Shown piece by piece: positions 1 through 8,047 of a stretch of 28,366 bases of DNA. This stretch comes from an uncultured Gammaproteobacteria bacterium (GTDB lineage: Bacteria; Patescibacteriota; Patescibacteriia; UBA10025; JAHIVO01), in assembly GCA_964493105.1 (NCBI GenBank), contig CAZBNI010000001.1, positions 1 to 28,366 on the forward strand, written 5' to 3'. The notes under the pieces were generated by a model. The model did not search any database. It saw only the letters and a list, made by a program, of their open reading frames with translations, and was not told where the DNA came from. A program made the position numbers and the translations under genes. The first letter of the stretch is position 1; each line of letters begins with the position of its first letter.

Positions 1-3000
1 CATTATAAACACTTCCAGAAGTAACACAAGTAACACCGCTGTTGTCTGCACAAACACCACCCAAGGAATAATCTCCAGTTGTAATATCAGTCGTGCAAAA
101 AGCCATTGTGGAATAAGAATTGCCACAGCCAGCATTAGAGCAGGCGCTATAAAAAGCGCTGCTGGTTCTTTGGCAGATATGCCCAGAAGTTGTACAGCCA
201 CTGCTCGTGCAAAGCCCGTTTTGTACAAAATTACCACCCGCATCACTATCACAAGAATCACCGGAAGTAGAAGTACAAGCAGAATAAGTTGGATCAGTCC
301 CATTAGTACAACTCGTGCCACAATTTGTCCTAAATTCATTAGTATAATCACAACCAAACGTTCCACCGGTCGCCGTTGGTGTACTATCATAACAAGTACC
401 AGCTGCAGCATTATTATATGCAGTTGTATTAGTACTACAACCATAACCAGATTTATTAATACCGCTTTCATAATCACATGATGCCCGGCAATAACCATTC
501 ACACACAATGCTCCACAATCCGCACAATCCGTACTACCATTACTGCAAGCATCGCCCACACTGCATCCGCCGCCGACACCGCAAGTTTCAGGATCATCAT
601 CCCCTTCGCAGCATGACTCGCCTGAATTCCAAGTATAAGCTGTATCTAATTCACTATCACAACGGTATGATTGAGATCCCGAAGATGCACAACAATTCAA
701 ACATGCAGACTCCGAAGAGTCACAATCAGCACATGTGGCATTGCGTTCACCTGAATCACAAACTCCAAAATAACAACAAGATTGACCATCAATACACCCT
801 CCTACCACAGATCCGCAAACAGCAAGCAAAGGCTCGTAAATCTGGTTTTGGTTTTCACTTTGCTTCATTTCATATTCATAAGGAGCCATGGTAATATTGT
901 TGTTTATGGCATTGTAAACATCCAGCCTTGAAATGCTTATCTCGGTAACGGGATCTATATTGTATGAAATTGGTTCGCCGGTACTTCTAAGTCTGTACTT
1001 GAGATCCAAAGGGGAAAGGTCTTCATTCTCAAGCACCAAAGCCGCCCCCGCAGAAACCATTGGAGTACTTACAGATGTTCCAGAAACCTCTCCGTATCCC
1101 CCGTTTAATAAAGGAACGTTAATATTTTGTCCAGGAGCCAATACATCAGTAAATTCATTCAAATTTGCAAAATCAGTCAGAGTGTCTGACTTTGTTGTTG
1201 ATGATACGCGGGTGGCCTTTGTTGCGCACGAAGGCGACTTCATGTTTTCAGACGCATCATTTCCTGTTGCCGCGGCAACAAAAATTCCTAAATCAACGGC
1301 TTCATTAACCAATTCGGCGACAACATTTGAATCACATGCTCCCAAATAATTCCCCGCCCCGATACTGAAAGAAATAATATCAGATCCTTGATCGATGCAC
1401 CATTGTAATCCCTGCAAAACATCGCTTTCATAACCAATTCCATTTGCGTCCATAACTTTCGCCACCAGCAATTCAGAACCGGATGCTATCCGTGAAACAA
1501 CTCCCGCAACACTTGTCCCGTGCCCATGGTCATCAAGCGGATCCTCGTCGTCATTAATAAAATCGTAACCAGTCACATAATTTGTTATGGCCTCATGATT
1601 ATAATCCACGCCCGTATCCAAAATGCAAATTTTCATTCCAGTACCTTCTTGACCGTCAGGCCTATCCTCTGGCAAGGCGCGAATCAGCGGAATAGCTTCA
1701 TCAAGCACTAAATCAACCGGCTGATTAACGCTAATAGTCTCTACCTGATCGTTGGCCAACAGCTGCTCCAGACCTTCCTTGTTAACAACGCCACTTTGGT
1801 ATTCTCCGTTCTTTTCGACTTGCTTAAAGTCCTGCTGACTAATATCCAGCTGCTTATCAGGAATTCGCAGCTTGGTAATTATTTTCGGTGATTCTCCAGC
1901 GGCTACCTTATCCAATATTTCATTCTCCACCTTACCCTGCTTCAAAGCCACGTTCCATTGGTGATCTAAGTTGACTTCTCCATCCGAGGTGATTAATACG
2001 GTCGGACCAAAACTGTAAAAAGTTCCCTCGGGCTGATCTGAAATAAATTGATATTCAAATATGTTGGTAGTGTCCCGTTTTACTTCAATTTGACAAACAA
2101 TATCAAAATAACCAACAGATTCCCCCTCATCATTGTTAATTTGCTCAAGATAACAGTCGCTATCCACGGCTCCAGCATACAGAAATCCGTCTGGCACTCG
2201 TTCGCGTATTTCTCCCACAAAATCCTTATCAGAAACAATCTCCAAATACATGGTATGAAAATAATTTGGATTAATTCTGGTTGGCCCATGACGCTTAACA
2301 ATAACACTGGGTCCTATTTCTGCAGAAAAACTGCGGGTAACTGTCTGCGTACTGCCTTGATAGGTAGCTGTTAACTCCGCAGTATAATCTCCCTCCAAAT
2401 AAGGAGTATAGGACGCCTCATAATCCGCCTGAGTATAAGCTATATCCTTAATTAAACAATTTTCACTACCACTAATCCCGCCTTCATCTGTGGTCAGGGT
2501 AGTTACCCGACCCTGAGGATCAGTAATTTTGAGTTCTAATTCAGCGTCACAAATAATCCCGCCGTAATCATTAAAAGTGCCCAGTGAAAGCATGGCCGGC
2601 TGTCCGGTTTTGAATATTATTTGATCAACATTTAATACCAGCGTACCCCAGGTAAAATCTTCTACAATCACCTCGCTTTGTCCATCCTGCTCAACTGTCA
2701 AGGCAACGCTATAGCGGCCCGGTTCCTCCAGTTCCATCGCTTCAATCTCATAATCAGTGATTATTTTATTGTCTTCTTCCTTTTTTGTTTCCTTAATATC
2801 AACTTCAACATCCTCACCATCCGCGTTAGTTATTTTTATATCCTTGACAATTCTCTCATTGGAACCAATCCCCAAAAAACCTTTATTCTTAGTATTAACC
2901 TCAATTACTGCTTTATCTGAAATACTGACATCTTTGTCTTTAACCGTTACACTTTCCTTAATTTGCTCAGTAACGGAATTAGGCTCTTCTGCCTCCACTT

Positions 3001-4045
3001 TGATAGCCACACCATCCAAAAAAGCTGTCGATTCTTCGATCCCAGGTACGGCATTATACTTCACCCGAGTACGTAATTCTTCCAAATCTTTGACTTCATT
3101 AACCTTATCAGTTATAGAAAATTCCCAGTACCCATCATTAATAACGTTGCTGGTATCATCCAATAAGGCAAATGAATCAAGCACTTCCCAGGTTTCGCCG
3201 TTGTCTAATGAGTATTCTAAAGTTATTATGTCCTCATTGCTGGCATAACTATCGACCGCCAAGGAAAAAATAAGTTTTACATCTTTTAATAATGCCACTG
3301 AAGGAATAGCTTCCTCTGATTTATAATTATAAGCTTCAAGAGTTGAATCTGTTTCGGAAATAAATTCTCCGCTAACAGCCGACTCTCCTTCATCTGACAC
3401 AGGTTTATTTAAATAGACCGCCGAAATCTTTGTATTAAAATCACTTAAGGGGCTGGTTCCTAAAGCTTCAATATGTTTGGCATTATTGGTACTTTCCCAT
3501 CCTGTTAAATCTGCTGGTTCCAGTGTAACGAAAAGGATATCTTGTGGTTTTTCTTCTGCTTGGGCTAAAAATACATAAGCAAAAAAAGTTACCTGCAATA
3601 CAACAAAGGTAAAGGCAACTAGCGAAGACGAGTAGACAAACACTGAAAATTTACGGCTAATAAAAAAGAGTTTGGCGTTATTCCATGAAAAGCCTGGCTG
3701 GATTACGTATGATCTTTCCTGAGGTTCTGCAACCGGTGCTTGTTTCGGCTCTTCTGGCTGCGTAACCTGACCAAATGACTCTTTGCGAAATGCTGAGGGC
3801 GTTTTCAGATACATCGCCTTGATTGTGTCCCGGTCATACCTTCGATCACGCCGAGCTCCAATACGAAGTGCTTTTAGTTTTCCTGCCTTATCCCAATTGC
3901 GCAATGTATTTGGATGAACACCAAAAATCTCGCTCACTTGTTCAATAGTGAGTAGTTTTGGCAGGGCATTAAAATCAACTGATTCCTCCTTTTTCTCGCC
4001 TTTTCTGCCGGTGAATAGTTCCCTTGCCTTTTTTAAAAATAGCAT
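1..4045 (-). CDS. Giant membrane-anchored protein, 3'-truncated (>1348 aa): MerR/excisionase-type HTH + TM/signal segment + acidic beta-rich ectodomain + propeptide + S8 subtilisin-like protease + Cys-rich region
   Basis: Hand translation from ATG 4045 is open to the window edge; it is absent from the ORF track, probably because no stop lies in the window. HTH: LLTIEQVSEIFGVHPNTLRNWDKAGKLKALRIGARRDRRY. Hydrophobic span: RKFSVFVYSSSLVAFTFVVLQVTFFAYVFLAQA. S8 motifs: ILDTGVD (D810), HGHGTSVAG (H842), AAATGND (N929), SGTSVSTPMV (S991). 36 Cys in the last ~272 codons. Confidence 0.92.
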   Translation of the reverse strand, partial: MLFLKKARELFTGRKGEKKEESVDFNALPKLLTIEQVSEIFGVHPNTLRNWDKAGKLKALRIGARRDRRYDRDTIKAMYLKTPSAFRKESFGQVTQPEEPKQAPVAEPQERSYVIQPGFSWNNAKLFFISRKFSVFVYSSSLVAFTFVVLQVTFFAYVFLAQAEEKPQDILFVTLEPADLTGWESTNNAKHIEALGTSPLSDFNTKISAVYLNKPVSDEGESAVSGEFISETDSTLEAYNYKSEEAIPSVALLKDVKLIFSLAVDSYASNEDIITLEYSLDNGETWEVLDSFALLDDTSNVINDGYWEFSITDKVNEVKDLEELRTRVKYNAVPGIEESTAFLDGVAIKVEAEEPNSVTEQIKESVTVKDKDVSISDKAVIEVNTKNKGFLGIGSNERIVKDIKITNADGEDVEVDIKETKKEEDNKIITDYEIEAMELEEPGRYSVALTVEQDGQSEVIVEDFTWGTLVLNVDQIIFKTGQPAMLSLGTFNDYGGIICDAELELKITDPQGRVTTLTTDEGGISGSENCLIKDIAYTQADYEASYTPYLEGDYTAELTATYQGSTQTVTRSFSAEIGPSVIVKRHGPTRINPNYFHTMYLEIVSDKDFVGEIRERVPDGFLYAGAVDSDCYLEQINNDEGESVGYFDIVCQIEVKRDTTNIFEYQFISDQPEGTFYSFGPTVLITSDGEVNLDHQWNVALKQGKVENEILDKVAAGESPKIITKLRIPDKQLDISQQDFKQVEKNGEYQSGVVNKEGLEQLLANDQVETISVNQPVDLVLDEAIPLIRALPEDRPDGQEGTGMKICILDTGVDYNHEAITNYVTGYDFINDDEDPLDDHGHGTSVAGVVSRIASGSELLVAKVMDANGIGYESDVLQGLQWCIDQGSDIISFSIGAGNYLGACDSNVVAELVNEAVDLGIFVAAATGNDASENMKSPSCATKATRVSSTTKSDTLTDFANLNEFTDVLAPGQNINVPLLNGGYGEVSGTSVSTPMVSAGAALVLENEDLSPLDLKYRLRSTGEPISYNIDPVTEISISRLDVYNAINNNITMAPYEYEMKQSENQNQIYEPLLAVCGSVVGGCIDGQSCCYFGVCDSGERNATCADCDSSESACLNCCASSGSQSYRCDSELDTAYTWNSGESCCEGDDDPETCGVGGGCSVGDACSNGSTDCADCGALCVNGYCRASCDYESGINKSGYGCSTNTTAYNNAAAGTCYDSTPTATGGTFGCDYTNEFRTNCGTSCTNGTDPTYSACTSTSGDSCDSDAGGNFVQNGLCTSSGCTTSGHICQRTSSAFYSACSNAGCGNSYSTMAFCTTDITTGDYSLGGVCADNSGVTCVTSGSVYN

Positions 4046-4121
4046 ATCTGGCACGGGTTTGTACTAAATTGTACTTAGATTAGGGGAAAAACAAACCTTA
4101 CTTACCAAAAATTACAAAATA

Positions 4122-4150
4122 AGTATATCACAAAAAGGCACTCTTGTCCA
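4122..4150 (-). promoter_or_regulatory. sigma70 promoter for the HTH-protease gene
   Basis: TGGACA-N17-TATACT with extended -10 TGn, about 75 nt upstream of ATG 4045. Confidence 0.7.
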
Positions 4151-4156
4151 ATAATT

Positions 4157-4198
4157 TATAAAAGAAGCCTAATCTATCCATAATTAAGTTAGGCTTCT
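4157..4198 (-). terminator. Intrinsic terminator after the 66-aa orphan
   Basis: 10-bp stem AGAAGCCUAA/UUAGGCUUCU followed by UUUAU. Confidence 0.65.
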
Positions 4199-4213
4199 AT
4201 GGCTTTAGTAGTC

Positions 4214-4414
4214 CTACTTAAGGGCGTTGGCTATGCTTTCGAGCTCATTGGCAAGTTGTTCTGCGAGTTCCTCAGGAGTAAATATTTTATTTTCTCCCGT
4301 ATGCGCACCGAGTGCGGATGTATTGCCCTCTGCGCTTGCAATTAGACGATATTGATCAAGCAAGAGCATTCCACTGTTAATAGTATCTACTATTTGCCGA
4401 AAGGATTTTGCCAT
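4214..4414 (-). CDS. Small hypothetical protein (66 aa, MAKSFRQIVD...ANALK)
   Basis: Strong SD AAAGGAG just before ATG 4414, with its own promoter and terminator. The ORF-track start at 4540 runs through a terminator and is unlikely. Confidence 0.65.
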   Translation of the reverse strand: MAKSFRQIVDTINSGMLLLDQYRLIASAEGNTSALGAHTGENKIFTPEELAEQLANELESIANALK

Positions 4415-4460
4415 GGCGTCTCCTTTCAAAAAAAGATTGCGATTTGTATTTTGGAAATTC

Positions 4461-4488
4461 ATCATACCATGGTCAATCAAGCTGTCAA
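4461..4488 (-). promoter_or_regulatory. sigma70 promoter for the 66-aa orphan
   Basis: TTGACA-N16-TATGAT with TGG extended -10. Confidence 0.65.
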
Positions 4489-4504
4489 AACGCCCTATTG
4501 ATGT

Positions 4505-4539
4505 AATAAAAAATGCCCGTCTCGTTTCCAAGGCGGGCA
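4505..4539 (-). terminator. Intrinsic terminator after plsX
   Basis: UGCCCG-C-CUUG-GAAA-CGAG-A-CGGGCA hairpin followed by UUUUUUAUU. Confidence 0.8.
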
Positions 4540-4558
4540 CACGTTTAATGTATTTGTA

Positions 4559-5677
4559 CTATTTTTGCTCATTGATCCTTGCGAGCTCGGTGACAATAGT
4601 ATCGTTGACGCTCGATCGAGCCATAGATACTGCCTCACGGATCGCATTCATGATTGCTACCCACGAAGAACGCCCATGGGCAATGATTACCGTCCCTTGT
4701 ACCCCTAAAAGTGGTGCTCCACCATGTTCTCGCCAGTCAAAACGACGCTTGAGAAACTTATAAATGGGTCGCAATGTCAGAAATGCAATCAACCACGCAG
4801 GAAAATACGTAAGGAGAAACCACGACGGTTGTGTGACTAAGATTACGAGTGGGGGGATCAGAAGCGTTGATAGACCAAAAACCGCGACGACTTTTTTCTT
4901 CTTCTCAACGATGGAAAGAATCCTCTTCAATGCCGAGTAAATACCCTCAGCAACTTTGAGAATTATATTCCCAATAAAGCCATCACATACGATTACATCG
5001 GTTGTACCACGGGCAATGTCAAAACCCTCAATATACCGAGCATCTGGAATTACCTTCTTGATTATTGCGAGAGCACCTTGTACGAGCTTATTCCCTTTGC
5101 ACTCTTCGTCCCCATTACTGAGGATTCCGATACTAGGATTTTGCTTGCCCAAAATCGCTTGTGCATAGACACGGCCGATAATCGCAAACCGCAGCAAATG
5201 CCGTGGTTTACAGTCTGTTGTTGCACCAGAATCAAGTAAAATACTAAGGTCTTTGAGTGTCGGCATGCAGGTCGCAATTGCTGGTCGCACATACATACCC
5301 GACAATAAGCCTAATTTAGTACAAGCGCTAGTAACCACTGCTCCCGTATTTCCAGGACTGACAAGTGCATCTCCCTTTCCTTGACGCACAAGTTCCATAC
5401 CAACTGCGATCGAAGAATCAGAATCTTCGTTCACAGACTCAGGACTATTCTTCATGCCAATGACACTAACGGCATTCACTATTTCAATCCGATTTTTCAC
5501 CCGTCTATACTTCTCACGTAGTTCATGACTGAACTGCAGGACCGACTTAATGTCAGACTCTTTACCAACAAGCGTAATCCGAAAATCTTTGTCGGGTAAC
5601 TGCAAAAGAGCTTCGATTGCTCCGTGAACAATCGCCTCAGGACCATTTTCCCCCATTACATCTAAAACGATATTCAC
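4559..5677 (-). CDS. plsX: Phosphate acyltransferase PlsX with a hydrophobic insertion
   Basis: Motifs IVLDVMG, DALVSPGNTGA, RPAIA, LLDSGA, DVIVCDGFIGNIILK, HGGAPLLGV, IIAHGRS. GTG start at 5677 follows SD GGAAAGGAGG. Confidence 0.9.
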   Translation of the reverse strand: MNIVLDVMGENGPEAIVHGAIEALLQLPDKDFRITLVGKESDIKSVLQFSHELREKYRRVKNRIEIVNAVSVIGMKNSPESVNEDSDSSIAVGMELVRQGKGDALVSPGNTGAVVTSACTKLGLLSGMYVRPAIATCMPTLKDLSILLDSGATTDCKPRHLLRFAIIGRVYAQAILGKQNPSIGILSNGDEECKGNKLVQGALAIIKKVIPDARYIEGFDIARGTTDVIVCDGFIGNIILKVAEGIYSALKRILSIVEKKKKVVAVFGLSTLLIPPLVILVTQPSWFLLTYFPAWLIAFLTLRPIYKFLKRRFDWREHGGAPLLGVQGTVIIAHGRSSWVAIMNAIREAVSMARSSVNDTIVTELARINEQK

Positions 5678-5725
5678 GTTTCCTCCTTTCCAGAGCGTTA
5701 TCAATGTACTATTTCGAATTAAAGT

Positions 5726-5754
5726 AGTATATCACGCACCCACATATAAAACAA
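5726..5754 (-). promoter_or_regulatory. sigma70 promoter for plsX
   Basis: TTGTTT-N17-TATACT with TGA extended -10; same GTGATATACT core as the promoter at 4122-4131. Confidence 0.6.
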
Positions 5755-5759
5755 CCGCG

Positions 5760-5791
5760 TAAAAACAAGCCTACCCGAATGGAGGTAGGCT
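5760..5791 (-). terminator. Intrinsic terminator after the 118-aa orphan
   Basis: AGCCUACC/GGUAGGCU 8-bp stem followed by UGUUUUUU. Confidence 0.75.
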
Positions 5792-5813
5792 CGTACAAAA
5801 AGTGATCTCCCAA

Positions 5814-6170
5814 TCATGTGATGCCTATCTGTATACAAAGCTCATCGACAAAGCACATTACTTCGTAATCATCGCTATACTTCCCACTGTGATTACATAT
5901 GAAACGCTTCCATAACTTATGTTGCGAAAGTTTTATCCCACGTATGCGAGCACAACCTTCTCGAAAACACTGAACAAACCCTTCATGGGGATACACATAC
6001 GAACCAAGTGTGTTCGTCGGCACACAATGACAGAAATGCCAATCATCAGCATTATCTCCGAGATACTCAGTTACTCGACCAATCGCGTCCAGAAAATCAG
6101 TAAGCATTATTCCAGTCACATCCTTGCAACGTGAGTTAAATACAACACACACTTTGATAAAGAACCTCAT
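5814..6170 (-). CDS. Cys/His-rich hypothetical protein (118 aa, MRFFIKVCVV...)
   Basis: SD GGAGG before ATG 6170, own promoter and terminator; 9 Cys including HFCHC. No family recognised. Confidence 0.6.
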   Translation of the reverse strand: MRFFIKVCVVFNSRCKDVTGIMLTDFLDAIGRVTEYLGDNADDWHFCHCVPTNTLGSYVYPHEGFVQCFREGCARIRGIKLSQHKLWKRFICNHSGKYSDDYEVMCFVDELCIQIGIT

Positions 6171-6211
6171 GGCTATTCCTCCAAAAAATAGATTTTGTTT
6201 CCTTTTTTGAA

Positions 6212-6240
6212 ATTTTACTACATTATCCTTTAAAGCGCAA
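6212..6240 (-). promoter_or_regulatory. sigma70 promoter for the 118-aa orphan
   Basis: TTGCGC-N17-TAAAAT. Confidence 0.55.
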
Positions 6241-6244
6241 TACC

Positions 6245-6275
6245 AAAAAGGCGCCGGCAAGCCAGCCCCTTTTTT
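6245..6275 (-). terminator. recA terminator
   Basis: GC-rich hairpin GGGGCUGGC-UU-GCCGGCGCC followed by UUUUU. Confidence 0.65.
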
Positions 6276-6296
6276 AAAAATATCTCCCATTCTCGA

Positions 6297-7325
6297 TTAT
6301 TTATCCTCTGCTGCCGCCTTTTCCGCCGCTTCCATCACTTTTTTCTTAATCTCACCAAGGAGTTTTTTGTTGTCTTTGAGAAAAAATCGTGCATTTTCAC
6401 GCCCAATGCCCAGTTTGGTTTCGCCATATGAAAATGTATTTCCACTCTTATTGACAACACCATGCTCTATGCCAATATCGATCACATCACCGCTGATTGA
6501 AATTCCCTCATTATACATAATATCAAATTCGCAGGTTCGGAACGGTGGCGCTACTTTGTTCTTTACAATTTTACACTTCACCCTGTTACCGATTGACTGG
6601 TCGCCCTTCTTAATCTGGGCTGCCCTACGTACTTCAATACGGACCGATGAATAAAACTTCAACGCCATACCGCCAGTAGTTGTTTCCGGATTGCCAAAAA
6701 ACACACCAATTTTCATACGTGTCTGATTGATAAAAATCACGACAGTCTTGGTCTTGCTCACAATGCCGGCCAGTTTGCGCAGCGCCTGGCTCATTAACCG
6801 TGCCTGCAATCCCATATGCGAATCTCCCATATCTCCTTCTATTTCAGCTTTTGGTACTAATGCTGCAACAGAATCCATAACCACCACATCAACACCATTA
6901 GAACGTACTAGTGTCTCCATAATCTCCAATGCCTGCTCACCAGTATCAGGCTGCGATATGAGAAGATTATCAACATCCACGCCAATCTTCTTGGCATACG
7001 CGGGATCAAGGGCGTGTTCCGCGTCAATAAAAGCAGCAGTACCGCCCATCTGCTGAACCGAAGCAACGATATGCTGTGCCAGCGTTGTTTTACCGGAAGC
7101 CTCGGGCCCATAAATCTCAACAACACGACCGCGCGGTACACCACCGACACCGAGCGCTAAATCCAGGGAAAGGCAGCCTGTCGGTACTGATTCAACTGAT
7201 ATTTTTTTTGCCTCGCCTAACTTCATGATAGATCCTTCACCAAAGCGCTCCTTGATCTGCGCGATGGCTTCCTGTGCTGCACGTGATCTGTTACTACTCA
7301 TATCTTTTTCAGTTTGTTTCGGCAT
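6297..7325 (-). CDS. recA: Recombinase RecA
   Basis: GPEASGKTT Walker [44 protein letters not shown]. Confidence 0.99.
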   Translation of the reverse strand: MPKQTEKDMSSNRSRAAQEAIAQIKERFGEGSIMKLGEAKKISVESVPTGCLSLDLALGVGGVPRGRVVEIYGPEASGKTTLAQHIVASVQQMGGTAAFIDAEHALDPAYAKKIGVDVDNLLISQPDTGEQALEIMETLVRSNGVDVVVMDSVAALVPKAEIEGDMGDSHMGLQARLMSQALRKLAGIVSKTKTVVIFINQTRMKIGVFFGNPETTTGGMALKFYSSVRIEVRRAAQIKKGDQSIGNRVKCKIVKNKVAPPFRTCEFDIMYNEGISISGDVIDIGIEHGVVNKSGNTFSYGETKLGIGRENARFFLKDNKKLLGEIKKKVMEAAEKAAAEDK

Positions 7326-7364
7326 AGTATTTTTACTTACTTATTAACGTATGTTTAGTGTACC

Positions 7365-8045
7365 TTATTCGCCCGATGGCTCAAAGAGCACACGACGCAC
7401 AACTGTCATTTCTTTGCTATGCTCCTTTGCAGCCGATATTTTAATCTCATTAATACCCTCCGTCAAATTGACTGATGCAGAGAAACTCCCATTGGGCTCT
7501 AATATAACTTCCTTACCATTGATCGTCAGCAACGCTTCGGGCATCGTACTACCACTGACTACGATCGTCGTTTGTTGAACTGTCAATAAATCTTCTGGTG
7601 CTAAAACGATAAGGTCAGGTGGAGAAAAAATATTACTGATTTCGAATCCGACATAGACCAAACATGCTGTAATAATCATGCCAATAATAATACTTCGATT
7701 CAATTTTGGCGTGATTATTAATTTTGGTACTGAACTTTTTGGAGTAAAAAAATTGGACTTAAAACCATGCTGCAAAACTTTTTTCTCTTGCTGATCATAC
7801 AGCTCGAGCACAAAATCGCTGCTTACCTTGAGGAAGGTTGCGTATTTTTTTAAAAAACTCTCTATATAAACTGGTCCTGGCAAATGCGAATAATTGCCAT
7901 CTTCGAGCGCAGCCAAATAATCCTTACTAATCTGTGTTGCTTCTGCTGCCTCTTTTAGGCTAATATTAGCCTCTTCTCGCACTTTACGTAATCGCTCGCC
8001 AAGCGTTCTAGTGCGCTGTACTTCTCGTTTTTTAAATGCTGTCAT
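7365..8045 (-). CDS. RodZ-like HTH_25 membrane protein with C-terminal Ig-like domain
   Basis: TLGERLRKVREEANISL...YLAALEDGNYSHLPGPVYIESFLKKYATFL, one TM, then VSGSTMPEALLTINGK...LTEGINEI; located between ftsK and recA. Confidence 0.85.
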   Translation of the reverse strand: MTAFKKREVQRTRTLGERLRKVREEANISLKEAAEATQISKDYLAALEDGNYSHLPGPVYIESFLKKYATFLKVSSDFVLELYDQQEKKVLQHGFKSNFFTPKSSVPKLIITPKLNRSIIIGMIITACLVYVGFEISNIFSPPDLIVLAPEDLLTVQQTTIVVSGSTMPEALLTINGKEVILEPNGSFSASVNLTEGINEIKISAAKEHSKEMTVVRRVLFEPSGE

Positions 8046-8047
8046 AC

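Noticed and set aside
170-3248. Plus-strand ORF-track ORFs (170-481, 478-894, 933-1349, 2048-2374, 2757-3248 and others)
   Set aside because: Antisense shadows of the continuous minus-strand HTH-S8 gene; compositionally odd and without motifs
4415-4540. N-terminal extension of the 108-aa ORF
   Set aside because: It runs through the plsX terminator and the orphan's own promoter; the SD points to ATG 4414
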